A stretch of DNA of 64,000 nucleotides, taken from Candidatus Magasanikbacteria bacterium CG11_big_fil_rev_8_21_14_0_20_39_34 (GTDB lineage: Bacteria > Patescibacteriota > Patescibacteriia > Magasanikbacterales > UBA922). Below are positions 7,795 to 18,494 of this stretch, piece after piece. The position numbers and the translations under genes were made by a program. The first letter of the stretch is position 1. Each line of letters opens with the position of its first letter. The notes below the pieces were generated by a model. It worked only from the letters and a program-made list of their open reading frames with translations, made no database searches and was not told the DNA's origin. The stretch covers positions 184,996 through 248,995 of the forward strand of contig PCWN01000007.1 in NCBI GenBank assembly GCA_002787355.1, written 5' to 3'.

Positions 7795-9579
7795 ATGCAT
7801 TCTCTTAATTATGATGATATGAAGACATATTTTGGTATTTCACAAAAGAATTTTTTTCTTTCTATTCTAATTTTACTTGTAATTTTTGCAGGTGTAAGGG
7901 CTTTTTCTTCAGAAAAAGAAAAACTTTCCGAAGAACGCATAGAAAAGGTTAACATTGCCAATGTTGATGATTTTTTACTTTCAGAAAATAGTGTGAGTGT
8001 TGTAGGGGAGGTAGAATCACTTTCACAAGTACAGCTCAAAAGTGAAACAACCGCACAAGTCACTCGGGTAAATGCAAAAATTGGTCAGAAGGTAAGACGT
8101 GGTGATATTCTTTTGTCACTGCGAAATGCAGACTTGGTTGCTCAACTTCAGCAGGCACAAGCAAATATTGAGGATGCACAAATTGGAGTGAAACAATTGG
8201 AAGCAGGATATGAACAGTCACAAATTAAACTTGATGAGTTGCAATCTGGTACTCGAAGCGAGGAACTTGAAATTGCTCAAACCGAAGTTCAAAATGCTGA
8301 GAGGCAGATTGTTATTGCAAAAGAAAAAGCAAATATTGATTTACAGAATCTCTATAACGATATCCCTAACTTTCTTCAGAGTATTTACATTGCTGCAGAC
8401 GATGCCATGAATAGAGAAATTGGAGGTGTATTTTCCAATACCCAAGAATATACGAGTGATTTACCACAACTTGCATTTCAAACATTTGATTCTCAATCAG
8501 AAATTGATGCAGAATGGGGCAGACATCTTGCACGAGTTAAATTAAGAAAATTCAAGCAAGAAATGGATGCACTTCCTGCAGATAATGAATTAAGATACGA
8601 TTATTTAGATACGGCAAAAGGATACATTGCAGAATTTTTACCTATTCTTGAATCTACCAATAAAGCACTCGATGGAGCGGTGGCACTTTCTGAAACAGAA
8701 AGGAATACCATCAAGGCGCAGGTCAATAGTGCTCGAAGTACTATAAATGGAAGTATTCAAAAAATTGACGACTACAAGCATTCCTTTGTAGTACAAGAAA
8801 ATATAAATCAAAATGCTATTACATCAGCAGAAAACAATTTGAAGATCGCACTGAAAAAACTTACCCTTGCACAAGCGGGACCAAGACAAGAACAGGTAAG
8901 CAGTCAGGTATCACAGGTAACACAATCACAGTTAAATATTGAATCTCAAAAAGCACGTGTGAAACAGGCACAAGCGAGTGCTGCGCTTATACAGGCACAG
9001 CTTGCAAAAACAGTGATTCGCAGCCCAATTGATGGAGAGGTGGCATCGATTCCACTCAAGTTAGGAGATTTAGCAACCAATGGAAGTCTTCTTGCCTCAG
9101 TAGTAAATACTGATGGATTCCAAATAAAAGCATATATCAGTGCACAGGATATTAATAGAGTGGCGGTAGGATCAAAGGTACTCTCAGATGGAAATGAAAT
9201 AGGTGAGGTAACTCAACTTTCACCGAGTATTGATCCACTTACAAAAAAAGTTCAACTTGTCATTCCTATAACAGATCCAAATTTTCATGTAGTTGTAGGA
9301 GAATTTATAAATATAGAAATTGTATCTGGAAGTGAAGATGAACAGCTTACCTATCTTATTCCACTGGAAGCGATACAAATAACAAGTACTGGTTCTTATA
9401 TCTACACGCTCGAAAATGATTCAGTGACCAAGAGAAATGAAGTAACGTTAGGCAGAGTGGTAGGAGATAGAGTAGAAGTACTTTTTGGTCTTGATCAGGG
9501 AATGAAAATTCTTTCTTCTGCACGTGGAATTTCAGAAAATCAAAAGGTTCGTTTAGATGATACATATGGATCAAAATAA
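7795..9579 (+). CDS. HlyD-family periplasmic adaptor (membrane fusion protein) of an efflux system.
   Basis: N-terminal TM, a long coiled coil, and C-terminal 'RSPIDGEVASIPLKLGDLA' beta-barrel/lipoyl motifs. The start is ATG 7795 or 7819 downstream of the promoter; the ORF-track TTG at 7744 lies upstream of the -35. Confidence 0.8.
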   Translation: MHSLNYDDMKTYFGISQKNFFLSILILLVIFAGVRAFSSEKEKLSEERIEKVNIANVDDFLLSENSVSVVGEVESLSQVQLKSETTAQVTRVNAKIGQKVRRGDILLSLRNADLVAQLQQAQANIEDAQIGVKQLEAGYEQSQIKLDELQSGTRSEELEIAQTEVQNAERQIVIAKEKANIDLQNLYNDIPNFLQSIYIAADDAMNREIGGVFSNTQEYTSDLPQLAFQTFDSQSEIDAEWGRHLARVKLRKFKQEMDALPADNELRYDYLDTAKGYIAEFLPILESTNKALDGAVALSETERNTIKAQVNSARSTINGSIQKIDDYKHSFVVQENINQNAITSAENNLKIALKKLTLAQAGPRQEQVSSQVSQVTQSQLNIESQKARVKQAQASAALIQAQLAKTVIRSPIDGEVASIPLKLGDLATNGSLLASVVNTDGFQIKAYISAQDINRVAVGSKVLSDGNEIGEVTQLSPSIDPLTKKVQLVIPITDPNFHVVVGEFINIEIVSGSEDEQLTYLIPLEAIQITSTGSYIYTLENDSVTKRNEVTLGRVVGDRVEVLFGLDQGMKILSSARGISENQKVRLDDTYGSK

Positions 9580-12500
9580 AAAAAGTAAATTTTGGGAATT
9601 TTTTTTAGAGAACTATCAATTTACGTATGTTCTTCTTTTGAGCATTGTGGTACTTGGTATTATTTCTATTGTTACCCTTCCAAAAGAATCTTCACCGGAA
9701 ATAGAAGTACCAATTGGAATTATTACTACTCCATATCCTGGAGCAAATGCAGAAGATGTAGAAGAACTAGTGACTAACCCAATTGAAGACAGACTCTCTG
9801 GATTGGAAGATTTGGATACCTTTAGCTCTGTTTCAAAAAATGGTATTTCTAGTATCACCGTACAGTTTAATATTGATTCGGATCCAGATAAAAAAATTGC
9901 TGATTTGAAGGAAAAAGTGGATGAAGCAAAGGTGGATCTTCCGGAAGATGCAGAAGACCCTATTGTAAAGCAAATAAGTGTCACGGATGATTCCATCCTA
10001 ACATTTGCATTGAGTGGGCCCTATGATGCCAATCAATTAAAAGACTATGCAGAAGATCTGAAAGATGAAATAGAGCAAGTAAGTGGGGTCAATAAGGTAA
10101 ACATTATTGGTGGTCAAGATAGAGAATTTCAGGTTATTGTGAACAAGGCAAAGTTGGATAGTTTTGGTGCAAGTATTCAAGACGTTACCAATTCGGTACG
10201 TGCATCAAATAGTGATATTCCAGCCGGAATAGTTCAATCTGGATCTTCAAATTATACCGTTCGTTTTGCCGGACGTGTGAAGGACATTAATGATCTTAAA
10301 TCTGTTCCTATAAAACAGGCCAATGGGACCGCGATACTTCTTTCAGACGTGGGTGAAGTAGTAGATGGATATAGTCGGGCAAGTACACTTTCTCGTTTAA
10401 GTATTGATGGTGGTGAGCCAAGGCCTTCTATTACCATTTTGGTATTTAAAAATCCCGGTGGAAACATTATTAAAACTGTAAAGGCAGTAGAAGAAAAAAT
10501 TCAATCTGCGAAGGGAAGAATTTTTCCGGAAAATGTAGAGATGGCAACTATTCTCAATAATGCGGATCGAATTAAACTTGATCTTACTAATCTTACCAGA
10601 AGTGGAATTCAAACAATTATTATTATTTTCCTTTTGCTTTATTTCTTTCTTGGTTTTAAGGAGGCTGTTTTAGCTGGGCTTTCTATTCCTTTAACTTTTT
10701 TTATTGGTTTCTTTATCCTCTCTGGTTTGGGATACACACTTAACTTCTTAACACTTTTCTCTCTTATTCTCTCTCTGGGTGTTCTTGTGGACAGTGCTAT
10801 TGTGATTACAGAGGGGATATATGTTTACCTCCAGAAGGGGATGGATGCCAAAAAAGCTTCTCGCTATGCTATCCGAGAATTTAAGTTGCCCCTCATTACA
10901 GGAATTCTCACCACCGTATTTGCCTTTTTACCAATGATGCTTTCATCTGGAATTATAGGTAAGTTTATTGAAACAATACCAATTACTGTTACGAGTGTTT
11001 TGTTTGCATCACTTTTTGTTGCACTTGGTTTGGTAACAACACTTGCTTCTCGTTTTCTTCGTAATGATGAAGATCATCCGGCACATGTTCCAAAAGAACA
11101 TAAAGGAAAGATTGCACAAATTTTTGCCAAAGCAAAAAGTATACAATCTAATAAGAAAACAAAGATTGAACATCTCTACAATTGGTATGCGAGTACTTTG
11201 AACGTCTTTTTAAATTCTGCAAAGAAAAGGAAACAACTCAAATGGGCTCTCATTCTTGGATTTTTTATGAGTGTTGCTCTTGTTCCGCTTCACTTGGTTC
11301 AAGTGAACATGTTTCCTTCATCTGATTTTGAAATTTTTTATGTTGACTTTGAAAAGCCAGTTGGGACTCCACTTCTGACCACAAGTGGTTCTATCTTGGA
11401 TATAGAAAAAATTCTTGAGCAAGATAAAAGAATTGCATCTTTTGTGGTAAACGTTGGTTCTGGATCAGGTGATGGGAGTGTCTCACAGACAACAGAACTT
11501 GGAAGTACACACCTCGGACACTTTATTGTGAAGCTAAAAGATGAGAGGAAAGAAAAAAGCTACGATATCGTGGACAGCTTTGACGAAATGTTAAAAAATT
11601 ATCCATCAGCAAAAATTCGTGTTTGGCAACAAAGTGGTGGTCCACCTTCTGCAGCACCAGTTGAAGTCTCTATTACTGGAGAGTCACTCGATACACTAGA
11701 CGATGTAGCAAGAGAGTTTGAGTCTCTTATAAAGACCATACCAAACACAAAAAATGTTCAAACGAATGTTGAAGATTCTCCTGGAGAATTTGTACTTGGA
11801 ATAGATAGAATAAAAGCACAACTCTATGGTGTTTCTACCGTGCAAATTGCACAAACGTTGCATAATGCTATAAGTGGAACAAAGGCTACCGTAGTGAGAA
11901 AAGATGGAAAGGATATAGATGTATTGGTGAAATATGATTTTTCCAATGGAAGTGAATCAGATCCTACCCAGAACCTCATTTCCCTTGATGCCATTGGAGC
12001 ACTTACGATTGCGACCCCCCAAGGAGATATTCCGTTGATGAACTTTACCAGTAGTCATTTGGAAGCAAATCGATCAGAGATTCCTCATAAAGATGGTGAG
12101 AGAATTGCAAAAGTAAGTAGTGAAACGACGGGAGGGGTTCCCGCACAGGCAATTTTTCAAGAAATTGAAAAAAATATGAGTAGTATAGAGATACCGGATG
12201 GATATACTGTAACTTTGGGAGGAGAGAGGGAAGATATCAATGAATCATTTTCTGATATGTTTCGTGCCATGTTTTTGGCAATATTCTTGATTGCCGCGCT
12301 TTTGGTTTGGCAGTTTAAATCTTTCAGACAGCCATTGTTTATTTTGACAACGATACCACTTTCACTTATTGGAGTGTTACCAGGACTCTTTTTGATGGGA
12401 TTTCCTTTGAGTTTTCCGGGGGTTATTGGTGTTGTTGCGCTTGCCGGAATCGTGGTGAATAATGCTATTATTTTGATAGATAGAATAAATCAAAATAGAA

Positions 12501-12736
12501 ATGAAGGTATGAGTAAGTTGGATGCAGTAAGAGAAGCAGCAAAAACACGATTACAACCGATTTTACTCACGACTATTACTACCATTGCTGGAATATTTCC
12601 ACTTGTGTTTACCAACGACATGTGGGGACCCCTTGCGTACTCTATTATCTTTGGACTTTTATTTTCTACGGTTTCTTCATTGTTGGTCATTCCACTTCTT
12701 TACCAACATTATGGAGAAGAAAACCTTAACTCATAA
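9557..12736 (+). CDS. RND-family efflux transporter permease (AcrB/HAE1-like).
   Basis: 1059 aa with a 12-TM architecture, large periplasmic loops and conserved TM4 'LSLGVLVDSAIV'. It overlaps the adaptor stop. Confidence 0.9.
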   Translation: MIHMDQNKKSKFWEFFLENYQFTYVLLLSIVVLGIISIVTLPKESSPEIEVPIGIITTPYPGANAEDVEELVTNPIEDRLSGLEDLDTFSSVSKNGISSITVQFNIDSDPDKKIADLKEKVDEAKVDLPEDAEDPIVKQISVTDDSILTFALSGPYDANQLKDYAEDLKDEIEQVSGVNKVNIIGGQDREFQVIVNKAKLDSFGASIQDVTNSVRASNSDIPAGIVQSGSSNYTVRFAGRVKDINDLKSVPIKQANGTAILLSDVGEVVDGYSRASTLSRLSIDGGEPRPSITILVFKNPGGNIIKTVKAVEEKIQSAKGRIFPENVEMATILNNADRIKLDLTNLTRSGIQTIIIIFLLLYFFLGFKEAVLAGLSIPLTFFIGFFILSGLGYTLNFLTLFSLILSLGVLVDSAIVITEGIYVYLQKGMDAKKASRYAIREFKLPLITGILTTVFAFLPMMLSSGIIGKFIETIPITVTSVLFASLFVALGLVTTLASRFLRNDEDHPAHVPKEHKGKIAQIFAKAKSIQSNKKTKIEHLYNWYASTLNVFLNSAKKRKQLKWALILGFFMSVALVPLHLVQVNMFPSSDFEIFYVDFEKPVGTPLLTTSGSILDIEKILEQDKRIASFVVNVGSGSGDGSVSQTTELGSTHLGHFIVKLKDERKEKSYDIVDSFDEMLKNYPSAKIRVWQQSGGPPSAAPVEVSITGESLDTLDDVAREFESLIKTIPNTKNVQTNVEDSPGEFVLGIDRIKAQLYGVSTVQIAQTLHNAISGTKATVVRKDGKDIDVLVKYDFSNGSESDPTQNLISLDAIGALTIATPQGDIPLMNFTSSHLEANRSEIPHKDGERIAKVSSETTGGVPAQAIFQEIEKNMSSIEIPDGYTVTLGGEREDINESFSDMFRAMFLAIFLIAALLVWQFKSFRQPLFILTTIPLSLIGVLPGLFLMGFPLSFPGVIGVVALAGIVVNNAIILIDRINQNRNEGMSKLDAVREAAKTRLQPILLTTITTIAGIFPLVFTNDMWGPLAYSIIFGLLFSTVSSLLVIPLLYQHYGEENLNS

Positions 12737-12756
12737 AGAAAATATTCAAAAACAAA

Positions 12757-12783
12757 AAAACGAGCAACCCGCTCGTTTTTTTA
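12757..12783. terminator. Bidirectional intrinsic terminator.
   Basis: AAAAAACGAGC-aacc-GCTCGTTTTTTT. Confidence 0.65.
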
Positions 12784-13881
12784 TGTAACTTTTTCAATGG
12801 TTCCGTCATTTGCATTGAGAAATAATGTATCAAGATTCTGTATATGTGAGAGTAAATTTTCTACTCCCACAATGCATGGTATTTTCATTTCTCGGCAGAT
12901 AATGGCGGCATGAGAGAGAAGACCCCCTTTTTGTGTAGCTATGCCTTTTACTTTTTTCATAATTGGAAGGTAGTCTGGACTTGTCATCTCACATACAAGA
13001 ATAGTGTCTTCCTCAATCTGAGTTTGTAGAATATCATCTACATGTACAATGCGTGCTGTTCCGTACACCTCTCCGGGGTAGGCAGTCTGTCCGGCAAACA
13101 CGTTTTTCTTTTCCTGAGGAATATGTGAAATAACAAAGTCAGCATAGAGGTCACCAAGAATTCTATTATAATCAATATAAAAAAGAGGATATTCAACTGA
13201 ACTGGTTGTTTCAAAATATCCATGAAGATAGTTTTCAGAGAATGCTGCATGAAACGCTTTTGATAAGCTTTGTTGAATATCTATGTCTGGTATATAAATT
13301 TTTGATACCACCATTTTGAGATGTTTTAGAATTTCATCTTCATTTTGGTCACTTAATGACCAATTGTGAAAATCAAATGCAAAACGGATTGGTTTCACAT
13401 TTTCGTAGAAGCCTTGGGTGAGTTGATGATGTCCTCCACGTATAATTTCACCAAATATACCATGAGAATTAACAATAAAAATCGTGCCATAAAGAGGTTG
13501 ATCACTATGAGGGACTATCTCAACTAAATAGTCCTGAGGATCAATGGTTTGTTCATCAAACCATTCCAGAGATTTGGAAACAGAGTGTCCGCGAATACGA
13601 AGTTTGGGAAGGGCATTATTTTGTGGAATAAGGCGGAAAGCACAAAGATCCTGACCATGTGCCCTTAAGTACTGTGTAAAATTTTCTTCTCTCTTTGTAA
13701 TGGATATGGCAAAAAATTTTTCCGGTTTGTCATAGGGGAGATCAATAATATCAGAGAGAAGCGCCAGCCGGTCTCTTTTTGTATTGTCCTCAACTTTGAG
13801 AGCGGAAGCATTTTTGTGACCTAACTTTTCGTACCACTCGGTGAGAGAAATTTGTGTCTGATAAAATTTTTTAATATCCAT
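12781..13881 (-). CDS. PEP-utilising-enzyme mobile (phospho-His swivel) domain protein with an N-terminal domain of unknown type.
   Basis: C-terminal 'GGLLSHAAIICREMKIPCIVG' is the PEP-utilizers His-domain signature. No PEP/pyruvate TIM-barrel domain is present. Start taken at 'MDIKKFY'. Confidence 0.6.
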   Translation of the reverse strand: MDIKKFYQTQISLTEWYEKLGHKNASALKVEDNTKRDRLALLSDIIDLPYDKPEKFFAISITKREENFTQYLRAHGQDLCAFRLIPQNNALPKLRIRGHSVSKSLEWFDEQTIDPQDYLVEIVPHSDQPLYGTIFIVNSHGIFGEIIRGGHHQLTQGFYENVKPIRFAFDFHNWSLSDQNEDEILKHLKMVVSKIYIPDIDIQQSLSKAFHAAFSENYLHGYFETTSSVEYPLFYIDYNRILGDLYADFVISHIPQEKKNVFAGQTAYPGEVYGTARIVHVDDILQTQIEEDTILVCEMTSPDYLPIMKKVKGIATQKGGLLSHAAIICREMKIPCIVGVENLLSHIQNLDTLFLNANDGTIEKVT

Positions 13882-13915
13882 ACCGAAATATAAGATTCCG
13901 TCTTTGTGCAAAAAT

Positions 13916-14718
13916 TTATGTTCTAAGATTTTCAAATTCAGAAAAACTTTTATGGAGCTCTTCAAAAAGGATAGGGTACAAAGAAGGATTTGCAGATAAA
14001 ATTTCTTTGTCTTTAATACTCCAGGGATCTCCCTGAATATTGGTTACCTTAGCACCTGCCTCCTGTAAAGCAAGCGCACCAGCTGCATAGTCCCATAAGT
14101 GAGCCCCCTTATGGACCGTCCAGTCTCTTTTGCCTGTGGCTACTAAGAAAAGATCATAACCAAGACAACTAAAAGAATTTATGGTCAGTATATTTCGCTG
14201 TGTCAAATAATATTTAAAATACTCAAAGGCAGAGTATTCAGGCTTGAGCCTCCCAGAAGCTGATGCACTACTATGATTGAGCTCGTTTTCCTGTGTTACA
14301 AAGACTTGTTTCCCATTGAGAAAAGCTCCACCACCTTTTTTGGCAAAGAGGAGTTCATCAAGTTGGGGAAGATAGGTTGCAGAAAGGATATTACAAGTGC
14401 AATAAGAACAGCGTAAATAGGAAGGGAAGTAGAAAAATTAAAAGTGCCGTCAATGGGGTCTACTATCCATACATATTCTGCATCTGCTTGATACTCATCC
14501 ATTTCTTCTGAAATAATCCCATGGTCAGGAAATTCCTTTTGAATGGTTGAGACAATAAAATCATTCGTAGCAAGATCTGCCTGTGTGAGAAGATCACTTT
14601 TGGAAGTTTTTGTAGTCACAACAAGCTTTGTTCCAAAGTATTTTCGAGTTACTTCTCCAGCATCTCTTACAAGTTTTTGTATAAAAATTTCTAAGGTATC
14701 CATAGGTTTAGTTATCAA
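13916..14718 (-). pseudogene. Inositol monophosphatase (SuhB/IMPase) family gene split by a frameshift.
   Basis: ORF 14296-14718 carries N-terminal motifs 'EEMDE...WIVDPIDGTFNF'. ORF 13916-14206 carries the C-terminal 'WDYAAGALALQEAGAKVT'. The break is near 14210-14300. Confidence 0.55.
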
Positions 14719-15130
14719 AAAAATTTTTCCCAGTTTTCAAAGCTTCAAAGTAAGTATCAAGAGCGGCAAAAGTGGGTTGTGGCAGATTGTCCATTGGGTA
14801 CCAGTCCCAAAATTCACATTTTTCTGGTTCCAATACTTTTGGCTCACCACTTTTCCAGTCAGCAATAAGTGCTATATCTACATAGTGTTTGGGAGCATAG
14901 TTTTTTAGATTAAGAAGACGTAGAAAGCGAACATTTTCAATTTCAATGCCCGCCTCTTCCATGGCTTCACGTTTTGCACAGTCTACAATGGATTCCATGT
15001 ATTCAAGGTGTCCTCCCGGCCAAGCGTATTCTCCGGTCCCATGGCTGTTTTTTCGTTTTCCAATAAGAACCTTGTCATCTTTGAGGATCATGACGCCAAT
15101 ACCTACTTTTGGTCTGTTATCTTCATTCAT
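14708..15130 (-). CDS. NUDIX hydrolase.
   Basis: Nudix box 'GHLEYMESIVDCAKREAMEEAGIEI'. Confidence 0.85.
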   Translation of the reverse strand: MNEDNRPKVGIGVMILKDDKVLIGKRKNSHGTGEYAWPGGHLEYMESIVDCAKREAMEEAGIEIENVRFLRLLNLKNYAPKHYVDIALIADWKSGEPKVLEPEKCEFWDWYPMDNLPQPTFAALDTYFEALKTGKNFFDN

Positions 15131-15234
15131 ACAGGATTCATTGTACAGGATATTATGGGGCTCTGCAAACCCTTGATTTTCCCTCTAAAATAAGATAGAT
15201 TGGAAGCAATAGAGCTATTTTTTATACCACAAAA

Positions 15235-17028
15235 ATGTCCGATACTCAGCAGATAAAAGAAAAAATTGATATCGTGGAGCTTATCTCAGAATATATAAGT
15301 CTCAAGCCTTCTGGAATCAATCATAAGGGGTTGTGTCCTTTTCATAATGAAAAGAGTCCATCTTTTATGGTAAATAGGGAAAGACAGAGCTGGCATTGTT
15401 TTGGGTGCAATAAGGGAGGAGATGTTTTCACATTTGTAGAGGAAATTGAAGGATTGGATTTTGTAGAGTCACTTCGTCTTTTAGCCAAAAAAGCCGGCAT
15501 TGAGTTAACGACACTGCAAAAGGATGTACACAAAAGCCAAAAAAATAGAATAAAAGATATTAATCGACTGGCGGCAACCTTTTACCATAACTTTCTTATA
15601 AAAATGGCCCCAGCACAGGAAGCTCGAGATTATTTGTTAAATAGGGGAATGACCACAGATACCCTTGAAAAGTGGCAGGTAGGCTATGTTGTAGATCAAT
15701 GGGATCTACTCACAAAATATATGCTCAAAAAAGGGCATAGTATAGATGACCTGGTGGCAAGTGGTCTTACCATAAAAAGAGACAACGCGAATCCGCAAAC
15801 CTTCAAAGGCTTTTACGACCGTTTTCGTGGAAGAATTATTTTTCCTATCCAAAATGTTCATGGTGATGTGGTTGGGTTCACGGCAAGAGTGTTGAAAGAA
15901 AGCAAAGACAGTGGTGGAAAATATATTAATACTCCTCAAACATTAGTTTTTGATAAATCGCAAGTCGTCTTTGGTTTGTATCACGCAAAGAATGCGATTC
16001 GAGCAGAAAAACTTGCTATTTTCGTAGAAGGGCAAACGGACGTGATAAGTTGCCACCAAGCAGGCAGTAGCAATGTCGTGGCAACAAGTGGTACGGCGCT
16101 TACTCAAGGGCATATAAAGCTTATAAAACGCTATTCCAATAACATTGCCTTTTGTTTTGATGCCGATAGTGCCGGGATAGATGCAGCCAAAAGAGCGATT
16201 GGGATTGCTTTGGAGGAAGGACTCAATGTAAAGATCATTCGTATTGCGCGAGAAATGGGAAAAGACCCGGATGAGGTGATAAAAAAAGATAGAGCGTTAT
16301 GGACATCACTTGTAGAAAATGCCCAAGATGTCATGTCTTGGTATTTCCAGATTGCTTTTCAAAGGAGTGATTTATCAAATCCAAAAATAAAGCAGGAGAT
16401 AGCCAATGAGCTTTTGCCGGAAATTAAGAAGATTCCCTATGCTGTCGAGAGAGAACATTGGATACAGGAATTGAGCAATCGTGTGGGGGTGGAGATATCG
16501 GTACTCAAGGATGAGATGGCTCGTTTTGATCTAAAAAAAGAGACTTTTCAGCCGGTTTCTGAGAAAAAAAAGGCGCCACAAGTGCCTCTCAAACCTCAGA
16601 AAAGATCTGATTTATTGATTGAGCGTTTTTTATCCATTACCCTCAAATATCTCAAAACATTTGATTCTCAACAGATTTCAGCAAAAATGGATGAGGCTTT
16701 ATCCACATCTTCATTTGGCCCTCTTTACTTAGCCATAAAAAAGGGGTATAATGACGGGCAGCTTAGTATAGATATACTTCGAGAAAGCTGTGATCAAAAA
16801 ACCTCTGAAAATCCTGTAGATATCCTACTGCTCAGGGCAGATTTGGATTTTTCTGATTATAATGAGGGGATAGCACAGGAAGAGTCGAAAAAATTGCTTT
16901 TTCAAATAGAGCGTGAATGGGAAAAAGAAAGACGAAAACTTTTGGAATCCCAAATACAAAGCGCAGAAAGTGCTAAAGACAAGACACGTCTTGATGAACT
17001 GATGAGAGCACTTATTTCCTTAGATTAA
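15235..17028 (+). CDS. dnaG: DNA primase DnaG.
   Basis: Zinc-binding 'CPFHNEKSPSFMVN...WHCFGC' and the TOPRIM 'FVEGQTDV'/'DADSAG' motifs. Confidence 0.9.
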   Translation: MSDTQQIKEKIDIVELISEYISLKPSGINHKGLCPFHNEKSPSFMVNRERQSWHCFGCNKGGDVFTFVEEIEGLDFVESLRLLAKKAGIELTTLQKDVHKSQKNRIKDINRLAATFYHNFLIKMAPAQEARDYLLNRGMTTDTLEKWQVGYVVDQWDLLTKYMLKKGHSIDDLVASGLTIKRDNANPQTFKGFYDRFRGRIIFPIQNVHGDVVGFTARVLKESKDSGGKYINTPQTLVFDKSQVVFGLYHAKNAIRAEKLAIFVEGQTDVISCHQAGSSNVVATSGTALTQGHIKLIKRYSNNIAFCFDADSAGIDAAKRAIGIALEEGLNVKIIRIAREMGKDPDEVIKKDRALWTSLVENAQDVMSWYFQIAFQRSDLSNPKIKQEIANELLPEIKKIPYAVEREHWIQELSNRVGVEISVLKDEMARFDLKKETFQPVSEKKKAPQVPLKPQKRSDLLIERFLSITLKYLKTFDSQQISAKMDEALSTSSFGPLYLAIKKGYNDGQLSIDILRESCDQKTSENPVDILLLRADLDFSDYNEGIAQEESKKLLFQIEREWEKERRKLLESQIQSAESAKDKTRLDELMRALISLD

Positions 17029-17051
17029 TTTCTTAGTATAATTTTTAAAAC

Positions 17052-18431
17052 ATGCCTCCAAGAAAGAAGGCCACAACTCAAAGTAAAAAAACTACGAAAA
17101 AAATCGTAGCAAAAAATGTCGCAGTACAAAAGAGGGCAAGTAGCAAAAAGTCTACCGCCAAAAAAACTTCTTCCGCGACAAAAACATCACCAAAGTCTCA
17201 GACAAAAAACCAAAGCAAGGTTATCAAAAAGACCCCAAGTAAAAAGCCACAACCTGCAAAAAAAGCCGTGAGAGCGAGAAAATCTCATGCTGCAAAATCA
17301 CAACCTAAAAAAGTTGTTATAGATAGCACTCCAGTGGTAGAACCAGAACTTGAGCGCTTGTTTGCGCTTCTTGAAAAAGGAAGAGGAAGAGGGTTTCTTA
17401 CGGAAATTGAAGTAGAGACTCTTTTTCCACGTGTAGAGCATTACATTCCAACCTATGAGGCATTTTTGGATATGCTTGACGGCAATAGTGTGGCGATTGT
17501 ACAAACAGGAGATGGAATGCTTGGGAGAAGTAGTCAGGTAAAAGAGTTTTTGCCAAAAGGAGATGAGAGTTCACAATCAAAGGCACAAAAAATTGACTAT
17601 AAGAATCTTTCTCGCGATTCTATTCAGATGTATTTGCGAGAAATTGGAAAAATCAGCCTGCTTACTGCCGAGCAAGAAGTTTCACTTGCAAAGCGCAAGG
17701 AACGTGGAGACAAGGATGCAGAGCAAAAAATGATCGAGGCGAACCTTCGTTTGGTTGTGTCCATTGCCAAAAAATTTGTTGGAAAGCGTCTCTCACTTTT
17801 GGACTTGATTCAAGAAGGGAATATTGGTCTTTTTCGAGCCGTAAAGAAATTTGATTATCGTAAAGGATACAAATTTTCTACGTATGCTACATGGTGGATA
17901 CGTCAGGCGATTACTCGTGCACTTGCTGACCAGTCTCGTACTATACGTATTCCGGTTCATATGGTGGAAACCATTAACCGGTTTGTACAGATTTCTCGAC
18001 GACTTCTTCAAGATTTGGGACGAAAGGCAACTCCTGAGGAGCTTGCTGCAGAAATGGGACAAGATCTCCAAAAGATTAATCACATTATCAAAATTTCTCA
18101 AGAAACTATTTCTCTTGAAACCTCCATTGGAGACGATGATGATGATTCACCACTTTCTGCATTTATCGAAGATGTAAAAACAGTAAGTCCTTCACAGGTA
18201 GCAGGGAGACAATTGCTTAAGGAATATATAAGTGAAGCGATTACACAACTTTCCCCAAGAGAACAAAAAATTCTGGAAATGCGTTTTGGTCTCACAGACG
18301 GAGTAACTCATACTTTGGAAGAAGTAGGAAAAGAATTTGACGTGACGCGTGAACGTATTCGTCAGATTGAGGCAAAGGCTATTGAAAAAATTCAAACATT
18401 TGAAGTAATCCAAAAACTAAGAGATTACTAA
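17052..18431 (+). CDS. rpoD: RNA polymerase sigma-70 factor RpoD with a Lys-rich N-terminal extension.
   Basis: Region 2 '[13 protein letters not shown]' and region 4 '[20 protein letters not shown]'. Classic dnaG-rpoD linkage. Confidence 0.9.
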   Translation: MPPRKKATTQSKKTTKKIVAKNVAVQKRASSKKSTAKKTSSATKTSPKSQTKNQSKVIKKTPSKKPQPAKKAVRARKSHAAKSQPKKVVIDSTPVVEPELERLFALLEKGRGRGFLTEIEVETLFPRVEHYIPTYEAFLDMLDGNSVAIVQTGDGMLGRSSQVKEFLPKGDESSQSKAQKIDYKNLSRDSIQMYLREIGKISLLTAEQEVSLAKRKERGDKDAEQKMIEANLRLVVSIAKKFVGKRLSLLDLIQEGNIGLFRAVKKFDYRKGYKFSTYATWWIRQAITRALADQSRTIRIPVHMVETINRFVQISRRLLQDLGRKATPEELAAEMGQDLQKINHIIKISQETISLETSIGDDDDDSPLSAFIEDVKTVSPSQVAGRQLLKEYISEAITQLSPREQKILEMRFGLTDGVTHTLEEVGKEFDVTRERIRQIEAKAIEKIQTFEVIQKLRDY

Positions 18432-18446
18432 AATCCCTTTGAAAAT

Positions 18447-18476
18447 AAAAAAACCAGTGCTGAACTGGTTTTTTTA
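18447..18476. terminator. Bidirectional terminator between rpoD and sod.
   Basis: AAAACCAGT-gctga-ACTGGTTTTTTT. Confidence 0.65.
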
Positions 18477-18494
18477 TTTTTGAGAGGGTTGAAA

